A stretch of 64,000 bases of DNA, from NCBI GenBank assembly GCA_013265495.1, contig MU057724.1:1503102-1567101 (forward strand). The letters are read 5' to 3'. The notes beneath the pieces were generated by a model that was not told the DNA's origin, did no database searches, and worked only from the letters and a program-made list of their open reading frames with translations. The position numbers were made by a program, and so were the translations under genes. Source of the DNA: Vicugna vicugna (lineage: Eukaryota). Positions 25,935 through 37,199 of this stretch are shown here, piece after piece (within the stretch, counting starts at the first letter, position 1; each line of letters begins with the position of its first letter).

Positions 25935-28352
25935 AAGAGGCCATTTCCTAACTCAAACAACTTACTGAAACTTTGCTGGTGAATAGCCTAGTTCTGGAAC
26001 AGGAAGGTGCCTTCCCCCGGGGATGTTACGGATCGTAAATAAATGTGAAACGCTGCACTTGGAAGATAACTTAACATCCTGGGGCCTTGTGCGAGGCTGT
26101 TCCCAGGCGAATGTTTCGTGCTCCGTGTAAAGTGGGGATCACCAGCGGAGTCTGACTCATCACCATTTCACTGTTGTATTATTTCCAGGCTGTTCTGTAT
26201 TATTTCCAGGCTATTTACTGTCCTTTCTCCTGCTATGAAGTTTGTTCTCACCTTGATTTCAACAAGCTTTTCACATAAGATGTTTTGTACGAGCAGAACG
26301 AAGGGGAGCAGGAGATGTCCTTGCAGCGTTCTGTTAAAAATAGCAACAACTTTCAAAGACAAACCTGAGAACGCTCTTGCAATTTAATTGGTTCATTAAA
26401 GACTTTACAGGAATTGCTGAAATCTTACTTCTGTAGTCATACTTTAAAGGCTTTTTATAAGTTAAACATGAAACAGCCACAGCATCATGAAATATTATGG
26501 TAATAAGATGAGTCTCTTATGGAAGAAATTAAACTTTCATCAGCTTACAAACATAAGCCCAATTTATTTGAGCTAAGGTTATGAGTAAACATAAATTTAT
26601 TTACATTGGTACATAAACTACACTGTATTTAAAATTACTTGATGCTTTAAAGACAGAACTGAATGTGAAGTGCGTGGCTGGAAATGCACGACCAGATGGT
26701 CCCATAAGTCCCAGGAGAAAATACGCATCTGCTGGCTCTTGTGAAACTGTTTTGTTTGAAGGAGGTTTTATTTAATCCAGTGGCCTGGTGTCTGAGCACA
26801 TCACTCGTCTGGTCTTGGGAAACTGTACCACCTGTATTCGGTGTTACTTTTTTTATTTCTGGAAGGAATAGAGAGTAAGTCGTTTGCTGCCTGGTACTCC
26901 AGGAAAGGCTTCACGCTCTGTGGAAAATCAAGTTTATCAGTAGAGTCTGATTTATAACACAAACAAATGTGCCGATTATAGAGTTTGTTGCAGTAAGCAG
27001 ATGGGTAATGAGGACTTATGAATATTATTTAATTGCATCTGTAATCCTACAAGACGCTGCAGAGGCCCTTCATCTATTGATTAGATGATACGGAAAATTG
27101 CCTTAAATTGATGGTAAAATGTCAAGTGTTGCATTTACAGTCTGTTAGCACAGGACTCCAAATGAGAAGTCCAGCCAGCTGACGGAGAGGTCCCGTGTTC
27201 ACTGCAGGCGGGAGAGGCTTGAGGGAGATCCCACAGCTTCGCAGACAAGAGGCCGGGAGGGGGACGGCGGCAGCTGCCAGGCAGGGTGTTTGCTTCTTCC
27301 TCGGCGTGGCCCCCGAGATTCTAGGTCAGAGCAGCTTTAATCTTAAAAGAAGAAAAACCACCAAAATGGTGTTTATGACTAAATTCCAGGTCCTGCCTCA
27401 GCTCCCGAGCAGAAGTGGTTTCCTCACGGCCTCAGTGTATTTTCCGCCCACGCAACAGTGTGCACGAAATGATTAAATGGAAACCCTGTGACCTTCAGTG
27501 ACAACCTCAGTGCTGTCACGTGGGAAAGCGCGGGTACCCTGTGGTCCCCAAGAGCCTAGGCCTGATGGGAACGCAGCTCATCCAAAGGCAAGAAGAAAGG
27601 TCTGCCCGACAGGGAGTGGCTGGTCACAGGGGCCCGGGAGCTGCAGCCGCGGCCGGGACCCCAGCCCCTGGAGGAGGGGCCCTCCCCTCGGGGCCCTCCC
27701 CTCGGCTCCCATGGAGGTTGAACCTGGCGGCTCGTGTGCGCTCGTGTGGACGGAAAGGGCTGCGGGAGGCCCCGGGAACAGAGCCACAGAGAGCCCCCCA
27801 GAACGACGGCAGCCCTGGGGGCCCAGCCCAGCGGAGGACTCAGGCAGCTCAGCTCTGGAAGATTCCAAGGTCAGATTTCTGCCCTCAGCGCTCCGGGGTG
27901 TGTGCTTCCCTTCCTGCCCAAGCTTGGAGGGGCTGAGGTCACGGCGAGGTCGCCACCTTCCACCCAGTTTCTGCCCTGGAGGCACCTCCACGACCCGGCC
28001 GCACGCCCTGATCCAAAAGAGGAAGAGTGTCAGGACCGGGGGAGGACGCCCTCGGTGGGGGGTGGACAGCAGGACAGAAGCACTCAGGCCCCGCAAGTGC
28101 CGCGGGAGGGTTTTTTTTTTTTTGTATTTGAGACAAATTTAGTATGTTTTCTCAAATTTAAGTCTCAGAGGTTTTTTGTTTTTGTTTTTTTTTTTCTGAA
28201 AAGCTGGTACATTCTGGAAAAATAGTTAGATGAAGATATTACCTCAAAAGAAGGGTCACTTCACTTGCCACCACATGAAATAGAAAAGATAGTTATTTCT
28301 TAATATTTGTGATGTGACTATATAAATAGTATCACGTAATTACACACATAAG

Positions 28353-29048
28353 TGCGGGGGGCCACTCATGACCTGAGGGCTGCCGAGCACAGAAACTGGG
28401 CCTAAACTCCCAGAGTGCGGGGCGTCAGGCTCTAAGGCTGACTGAGCAAAGACAATCTCTGTCCCACCACCCCTTTGTTAGAAAAACAGCAGGTGCATTT
28501 GGAGTCGGAAAAACATCTTGATGCCATTGAGTTATTAAGAACAGGGGCTTCTGGAAAGAGAGATACAGGTCACACAAGTTAGTGATCTTAGTAACAATCA
28601 CCTGAGTTACCAATACACAAGTTACATAAGTTAGTGATCTTAGTGACAATCACCTGAGTTACCAATACACAAATCACGATGTTAGCCTAGAGGAACAATA
28701 ACAGTTATCAATGATGTTAGCTCATGGGGAACGGTTAGTCTTGATTGATGAGAAATATAAACAATAATGATGTATGTAACTATGCACAAGTTACTGATTT
28801 TAGTACACATTGTTAAGAGATCATAAAAACAATACCGTTACCTACGATACTGTTGCCTATGGGTTAAAAGCATATAAATTAACTGCTGGAAATAAACACG
28901 AGGTCCACTCTTGACCTAGCGTCTTGCGGGCTAGAGTGAGACCCTCTCCCCCACCTTTTAGTCTTGTCTTCCTTTTAGTCTTGTCTTTCTTTTCTCAGTC
29001 CTGCAGCACAGATTTCTGGACCTGATCGATTGTCGGCTGGCTCCGACA
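28353..29048 (+). mobile_element. ERV2 (betaretrovirus-like) solo LTR, 696 bp
   Basis: Starts tgcggggg, ends ccgaca. Perfect 6-bp TSD CATAAG (28347-28352 and 29049-29054). TATA-like catataaa at ~28871 and AATAAA at 28891. Confidence 0.85.
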
Positions 29049-29702
29049 CATAAGTATTAAAACAGTGTCGCTTCTAAACTTGCAACATGAGGTTTCTTTG
29101 TACTGTGTTTTTCTCAGCCTATTAATACATTATCTCTCGCTTCCACATGATCACTGAGTAGCTAGGAAACAAATAAATTTGACTTTATTCAAGGAAAATT
29201 ATTATTTTTATGTCTCCATTACCAACAATTGCACCATGTTTACAGCAGATTCATTCAAATATACTTGTCATTTGAAAATCTTTAGAAAATTGAATCTGCA
29301 GAAGGGGTATTTAAAATGTGCTCCTAAATTAGAAGATTGATTTAAGACCAATTGTCATTATTTAGATTAACTGCCATTATATTTTAGTACGTCCATGCAA
29401 ATTTATCTTGTTATTTTAAAAACAGTTCTTAATGATATGAGTAGCTGCATATATTTAATGTTAAATGAAGAAAGCAGAATGTAAAATTATAGATTCAAAT
29501 TTATCTCAGCCACATAAAGAAAAACAGCACAAAATGCTGCAGAGCGACCTTCCCAAATGTGAAAAGCACTAGCCTCTGGGTGGTCAGATGGGGATTCCTT
29601 TAAAATCCTTTTCACCTTTTCGGTGCTGTGCAAGTTTAGTAAGACAGACACGCTCTGCTTCAGTCATCACAGTCGCCATGGGCTGTGGGACTGTCCGGGT
29701 TA

Positions 29703-30224
29703 TGTAACAGGGAGAACAAACCTGACCCTGTATCACGTCTGTTCCCTTAGCTCTAACTCTGGGCTCCGTTTCCGGTGCTCAGTGGTGCTGCTTCTGTACC
29801 TTTTGTAAAATAATGTCGCTTGTAGCCTGACATCTGCAGGACAGCCCATTCTCAAGGCTCTGATCTTAAAGGGTGTAACACTTTCCCATTCACATAAAGA
29901 TTAAAAAGTTGCAGAATAGAAAATAACATTTGTCTTGTTGGAGGTTTACAGGGACACCTTAACCTGACCAACATGGACAGCTGCAAGAACAAAGGATTCC
30001 AACACCAAGAAGTTTGCAACAACCAACATCACCCCATCTCCTCTTTTTCGTATAAAAGGAGCCTGAATTCTGATTTGGGGAAGATGGTTCTCAAGGACAC
30101 GAGTCCCCCATCTTCTCCATCTTCTGGCTTTCCAAATAAAGTCATTCTTCCTCGCCCCAGCACCTCATCTTCCAATCTACTGACCTGTCACATGGCAAGC
30201 AGAATGAGTTTGGACTTGGTAACG
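29703..30224 (+). mobile_element. ERV1-like solo LTR (same family as 10515-11023)
   Basis: Starts tgtaacag, ends ttggacttggtaacg. Contains tataaaaggagcctgaattctga and aataaa. Colinear with 10515-11023. Confidence 0.8.
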
Positions 30225-31827
30225 AATTCACTGCTAATTTCTAAATTAATTCTAAATTTCTAAAACAATTTTCCTGCCAAATGTTACCACTGTCTTGTTC
30301 TTCTGCTTATTTTTAATGTAATTTTGTATCTTTGAAAATATTGTTAGATGAATGTCTCAGAATAAGTAATAAAGATATGTTGCATTCTGGATGGTTAAGC
30401 TTAAATTATACCCATGAGAAATAATGGTTAATGGAAATTGGTAAGTCAAAAAGGTGAAATTAACAGCCATGAATTGTAAGAGTTCAGAAAATAAATGGCA
30501 GTTTGAGGTTTAAAAATCAGAACATTGAACCTTCCTGAAGAATGTAATCTTGGTTTTGTTCATTGTAGTGCTTTGCTGTTGATCTGTTTCTCCATTCTTA
30601 ACCAATTCTTAACCAATTCGGCTAAACATTAAACAATAAACCACACTGAGTAACTCATTAACGCTCTACAGCTTATGCTTGAAACAGGAACAGCAGCGAG
30701 CTCCAACCTCATTAGAGGGAAGGCGGAGATCAACAAATTTTCAAAACACTTCTCACTGACTCATCCCCGTTACTTAGGCGAGTGTCAGCTCACTTTTTTT
30801 TTTTTAACTTTTTTCAACAGTAGACACTGTAGCTCTTCCTCCTTGGTTCCAGTTAGTCCCTGGGAGCATATAAAGCAGCTTCTGTATTAGCATCTTTGGT
30901 TGGTCACTTCACTTGTCCAGTGTCCTCCCCAAATCTAATACTCAGCAACATTTGTTCTGTACTTAAAACACCCCAGCTAACGGCGGTAGGGTTACGACGG
31001 TAAATAAAGTTACCCAGCCTGAGATGCCACCTGGTGGGCACTGCTCCTGAGAGTGACAGTGACAGGACACCAGTCCCCTTCCTGCTGAGCCCAGGAGCAA
31101 GCTGGAAGGCCGCGGGGGGCTCTGACCAGAGCCCTGTCCCAACTGAATCAGCACCGAGAGAGAGCGCGCCGCCCAGAGCAAGTGTGAAGCCGCCCTCGCA
31201 GGGCCTCCTGGCTCTGATGACGCAAAGTTTACCTGTGTTTAAGCTTAATTTCTAGCCTTTCTCTGACTGCAAAACAGAAACACACATGGAACCATAAGAG
31301 GAAACAGTCTAGCCCTGCCTCAAAGCAGTACTTCTCTTGACATTTTGGTGCACAGAGTCCAAAGACAAGACCTGCGGACCCGGAAATGAGCTATTTCATG
31401 CCCCGAAGACAACAATGTCCATCCTTATCTAATTTCATTATGTCTTTTTGCCTTAACATCTGCTTTAAAAGGGTGGATAAAAATAAGAATTTTCATTCAA
31501 CTGGACCATTCAGAGAGGCACCAGGGCGGAAGGTCCTGCACGGAATTTTCCCAGGGCTGTCCCTCCCGCCTGATTCAGCGCGAAGGGCAGGTGATCGAGC
31601 AATTGTGACTTAAACGAAGCAAGAGCCTTTACCACAAACACTGAGGAACGGTGCTCTGTGGTAACGTGTCCTTATGGAGATGCTTTCTGAGACTCTTCTG
31701 AAATTTTAGAACAATTACGATCATTTAGTAGCTTCCAGGGAGAAAATATGAAACATACCATTCAAAAAAGCCAAATGCCCGCATGACTTTTACACAGAAT
31801 CAGACGTCAGTTGTCTCAGGGCGACTG

Positions 31828-32262
31828 TGCTGGGGTCCAGAGCAGGCTGCCCCCAGGCGTATTCGGCATACTGACTCCTCTGAATTAAAGTTACTTCAGA
31901 AATGTATAAGAGGGACACTCTGACCCTCCTCTCGGTCCCCCGGGAAGCAGGGCGTGAGTCTCTGGTGTGGAAGGTGCCTCCCTGCACCTGGAGGTGGAAG
32001 GATGCCCTCATCACCAGAGACCGGGGACTCAGGCGGAGAAGCTCCAACACCCCCCAAACCCAACCTCTGTTCAGACTCGTCACTAACCAGGAACCCAAGA
32101 CTGAGCTGCTGTGTCCTGTCAGTTCCTCACAAATGCGTTGTTTCCTTAACTGCCTGAATTACAATTTCTTTTTCATTTGTTCGTCTGTTTTGTGTCAACT
32201 GTATTATCAGCCCAGCCACAAGGGCTCATGGGGGTGGAGGGGGAGATGTCCCCTCCCCCAAA
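31828..32262 (+). mobile_element. MER34-like ERV1 solo LTR
   Basis: Shares gaattaaagttactt, gagggac.ctctgacc and aagcaggg with 21942-22414; possible 4-bp TSD ACTG. Confidence 0.7.
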
Positions 32263-33661
32263 ACTGCTTCATTTTGAGAAAAGCAAGGGGCAGACACGCT
32301 GTCAGAGAAACCACAGCCCTGCACGGCGGCCAGGGCAGAGCCGCTGACAGCAGGACATGGCGGTTAAATCTCAGAGTCATTAAAACACTAGAAAGAAAAG
32401 TTAATCTCAACTTGGAGGAAATTTTCCTCAGAACACTTTTTCCTGGAAGCTTCCCTCAGGCTCTAAATGCATCCTGGAAGATTTTAATGACACTGTAACT
32501 TTTTTCTTTTAAAATTCCTCTACAACTAAAATCTTATGCATTCTTGGACAGCTGTAAGGCCCTGTCTTTAAGATGCATTATCTCTGTAACTGAAATGGCA
32601 TGGAAAACTGAATAAATGGGGAAAACGAATTGTCACTATTTTCCTTTTTGAACAAGTGCATGACGCTATCCATTTTTTGCTTTTACAGAAGGAAGAACAT
32701 TTCTTTCTACCACTAATTTATAGGAGGAAATAATCTAAGATACTTTACATAATATTTTACAGAGGACTAAAAATGTAATAGTCATCAAATTTTCAAAAGC
32801 AGGGTATAGAATGTATGACTCTACCAATATGTACAATGACATTAAATGATTACTTAAAATCTACCTTGGGATCAACTGAAGAAAAAAGGGAAGAGATGGA
32901 ACAAAAATAGTAATTAAAATAAAAAAGAACAAGAAGAAACAAAAGAATAAAATCATAAAACCGACGGCGGCTGAGATGCGGAGAGGCAGAGACACACCCA
33001 GGAGAGGCCGGGACAGACTGCCACACGGGAAGGGGGCGGGCTCCCCTCCACCAGAAGCCCGTGTGCGCGGGACACTGGCGCGTTCGGGCAGATCCAGAGA
33101 CTCTTTCGTGAAAATCTGGACGTGCACGGCGTGGCAACTTCTAACAAGAAAGTCCCCTCCCTTCGTTTTCACCCCAATGGTCGACACGGATGAGATATTT
33201 GCTTTTTCGTGTATATATCACAGTCAGGATAAGATCCAAATATTGAAAAAGTAAACACTTTTATTAAATTTTTCTGACATACAGGAACCCTTTGAAATCT
33301 CTGGCCCTGTGAAGTGTCTTTCTGCTTAAAAGTTTCATCAATAAGTAAGTTTTGGGGGTTAAAGACGTGTAACCAAAAAGACGGGAAAACAACCAAAAAC
33401 AGAAAGGGAATACATCTTTCCCTGTGTGAGCTGGCATCGCTGAATGTCATGTCTACCACCCATATACAACTATCTAACACACCCTGGGGTAAGCGTCACA
33501 CACTTGCAGAAACACAGTAATAAGCCTCGGTTTTAATTCCTGACTGTGACGTAAACACTCAACCCTTTCACTCAGGCCATAAATTTTAAAATGTTTGGAG
33601 ATTTCTGCAAGGCGCTGAAGTCATGCTCCACATCATTGCCGTAGCTGTAGTAAGACAGCCT

Positions 33662-33710
33662 GAGAGATGGACAGATGATAGACAGATAGACAGATTGATA
33701 GATCGACAGA
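33662..33710. repeat. Degenerate (GATA/GACA)n microsatellite
   Basis: gatggacagatgatagacagatagacagattgatagatcgacaga. Confidence 0.6.
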
Positions 33711-33764
33711 AGTCTATTCTACGTGCTAAGGAATAAGCATTTTTATTTTTATTGTCCTATTTAA

Positions 33765-33910
33765 TCTTAACTATGCTCAGTAGGTCAGGTATATTAAATG
33801 CACCTTTGACTTAATATTAGTATTTAATAATTATTAATATTATTCTTGATATTTTCAGCTTAGGATGGGTTTATTGGGCTGTGATGCCATCGTAAGTAGA
33901 GGAAGATCTG
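33765..33910 (-). mobile_element. Tigger-family (MER47/Tigger5-like) DNA transposon end
   Basis: tattaaatgca..tt.gactta...gatattttcagctta.gatgggtttat...ccatcgtaagtagaggaagatctg matches a remembered Tigger terminal sequence. Confidence 0.6.
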
Positions 33911-36900
33911 ATCTCACCTCTACTGTGACAGTGGGAAAGTGGCCACAGATAAGACATTAACAAGTGGACGGGACTGAGTGACAACAGAACTGTAAGGACC
34001 GGTGGCCGGCCTGCAGGCTGCAGCCCGCCAGCCCAAGTGACAGGCTGGCGTGAAGGGTGTCCACAGCCACTCTGACGTTTCTGCGCTCACAGAGCTGGTC
34101 TCACTCTCCGAAGTACGCTGGGGCACAGGGTCCTAACCCTACGGTCACACGTGCCTGGAAGTCCTTGGTCTGTCAGGGGCTCCCTGGGGACTGGGCCTCT
34201 CCCTCTGGACCGGGGATCTGTTCTCCTGGAGGGACCCCTGGTGTGAAGTGGGCCTGAGCCAGACAGACAGGCGCGCTGCTCATTCTCTGCCTGCCTCACA
34301 TGTCGTGAAGACGCCGCGGAGTGACCGACCCTCAGAGACAGGTGCTTAGACCAGGGAAAGCATCTGGGGCGGGTCCAGCTAGTCCCTGAGGAGCAGGTGA
34401 CCCCCGAGCAAGCGGAGCTCACAGCCCAGGCCCCTCCCAGACCCGCATGCTCATAAGACGCATCTCAGGGCCTGTAGTCCTAGAGCTTCCCTGACTCTCA
34501 GCGCCGTTCCAGACGCTGGGACATTGCAGGGAAACGAGACAGTCCTGGTGATGCTGTGTTGGAGCAGAATGGATTCCTTAAAATCACTCATCGGAACCAA
34601 GTGACAGACATCTGGAGGGCCTGCTGACAGCGGCCCAGAGACCAGCAAGGACAAGGACTGGGCAGGAGCTCTTTAAGCTCAAGGAGACGGACGGTAAAGC
34701 CGACATGAACCCGCCCCCAACTTCACGTTTGAAGAGCTGAAATTTGACGCCACCGAGAAACCAGTCCTGAAAAAATAATGTCAAAGCTCTCTGGTAACGT
34801 GTCCCAGATCAGTTGCACCACTGATCAGAAGTATCAGAATAAACATACATTGCACGACTGTCAAAAAAAGGCTGTAAAGACCATGAAAGGCAGGAACAGG
34901 GTTTACTCCCCCAGTTGCCCCTCCTCCCAAATCCTGGCTTGTGAACAGCAGCAGCATAATAAATGTTCACAGAGCAGACCTGCTCCTGAGGAGGCCAGCG
35001 CTCTTCATGCAAACAGAGAAGCTCAGTCTCACAGAAGGGGTTTTTTTTTTTAATGGATTACAGAAATAAGGGGAAAGGGGGAATTAAGAAAATTATTGGA
35101 CCAAAGAAACTGTCAAAATGTTTAAAGGAAAGGTACGTTCAGTTAAAAAGTAAAAGGTGAGATTATGGAGGAGCAGGCAGTGAACGGCTCAAAGACATGG
35201 CGTAACTTGGCTTTCAGGGGAGAAAACGGTGCTACGAGACATCACGGGCCGCGGTCTGTGGGAAAACAGACACCAGATGGCTGTGTGATTGCTTGCTTGC
35301 TTTTTTTATATTTTCTTAAGCAGAGAAAAAAATAGGCCCACAAGACTTTTAAAAGCTCTATGACTGCCGATGGGACCCAAACTCACTTCCGGCAGCTCTG
35401 AGGGCAGCCTGCCCGCCCCTCTGAATCACCACAGAAGGTCTTTGGAGGACGGGGCTGTCACACACGATGGCACGGCTGCCCACAGCTCCTGTCTGAGGTT
35501 TCTAAGGGAAGATTCTGCAGCGTTACAGCAAGCCGCGCACCGTGGGCCTCTCCTGCTCCGGGCTCCCCGGGCGAGGAGTAGATGTGCTCTAGAGACGGGT
35601 GGTCCGCAGTGCTTCCATCAGGAAGGGCGGCCCCTGCAGCGCGACTGCGGCTCGGCGAATACAGGGGAGGCTTGACGGGGCCTCTGAGGTAGAAAGTGCT
35701 AAGCGATGGCGGCGGAGAAGTGGGGCTCACAGTGCGAGGACACCGACTTGGGTCTGCAGACGGAGGGGGCTCGGCCAGGCAGGGGGAGGAGAGCAGCGTC
35801 TCCGGGACCGAAGAGGTCCGGGTGCGCTCCGAAACGGGTTGAACAAGCATGAACAAGGTCTGGGTGGGGAAGCGACAAGAAATACGGCTGAAAACTTAGA
35901 TTAGGACCTGCGTCCGAAGGGACTTGTTTCCAAGTTCAGTATTTTTCCTGAGCTAACTGGAAAGAGAAACTCCTATGAGGTTTTTATGCAGCGAGCTGAG
36001 ACGTCTCATTTTTGTACTTTGCAATAAACCTGCTGCTGTAAGAAGGCAGGGAGGTGGTGTAGGAAGGCAGGGGGAGCCGCTGTGAAAAGTCAGCCAGAAA
36101 CACGGACTTAATTAAGGAAGGAAAAACTTCTGTTGAAACAATGGCACCAAGGCTAAAATTGCAGGAGGAAACGCGTTTTCCTTTTCTGGCTGTGGAGCTG
36201 TCGCTGCAAACAGACTGGTCCTTCAATGACAGACAATCAGAAAAGAAGGCAAAACAGATGAGTCCGTGGCTTTCAGACAGTGGAGGATGAGCAGCACAAA
36301 ACTCAGAAACCTGAGAGGACAGCCTGTGACAGCGGCTCAGCCCCTGCCTGCAGGGCGCTCCCCACGCCAGGCAGGATGCGGGTCCGAGCAGGGGCCCGGG
36401 CGCCGTGCGGGGCAGCCCCCCGGCTCGTCCTGCGCTTCCACGGAGACGGGGCACAAAGCCGCGTGTGCACAAGTCCAGGGTGGAATCCCAGCAATCGACG
36501 TGCATTTAGACGTTACAAGACGAGCCAGGAAACCAAAACATGTTCATTTTCCTTTAGTCAGATTTTGGTGATTTAGGCAAAATAACATCAAATTGCATTA
36601 AAATGTATAGAGTTTTAGTAAAATAAAATGTAAAAATGAAATAAAACATACCTTTTGTTCATGATAAAGCTTTCCGTAAATAAGTTATTATGATCTCACG
36701 TTGTATACAACCAGGAAGGATTACTTTATAGTATAACGTTAGTATACAGCAGTATAATATAGAGAATAATTGTATAATATAGTGTAAACTTCTTTAGTTG
36801 AATTATTATAATTGTAAAATAATCTAACATAGCATCAAATTTCAAAGTTGGGAATAAAAGCAGATTCTGAAGAAAATATATACAAATGTCATTTCATTTC

Positions 36901-37199
36901 ACGTCTAAAGCGCAATTACTAAGACGCACCACTATGAAACTCGCAAAACTGATGCTAAATTCAAGGCCGTGCTTCGCAGGGTTGAACTCACTTCGCATTT
37001 TGTTCTTGCTAAATGAGCAGCACCGCTGCCTTCTTGGGAGACCAGGAACTTAGGCGATAACTGACTGACAATCGGGCTTTAACTGGCCTCTTGTCACTTG
37101 TTACTTGCTCGGTCATGCGTCCTCCTCCTGGCAGGGCGATGGCACTGACTGAGCTTTTAATTGTTTGAAACCGGGCTTGAGGTAACGCAGGAATCAAAC

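Noticed and set aside
27498..28225. 214-aa ORF and overlapping ORFs on both strands
   Set aside because: Several frames are open at once in a GC-rich patch; Pro/Gly/Arg-rich with no recognisable homology
28576..28672. CRISPR-like repeat array
   Set aside because: Only two near-adjacent copies inside an LTR in mammalian DNA; no spacers and no cas genes
10515..30224. Full-length provirus bounded by the two similar LTRs
   Set aside because: 19-kb spacing, no PBS after the first LTR, no shared TSD, no gag/pol/env, and the interval contains much older repeats (MER3, MIR, MLT1)
31902..32498. 198-aa ORF
   Set aside because: Mostly overlaps a MER34-like LTR and has no gag/pol/env or cellular protein features
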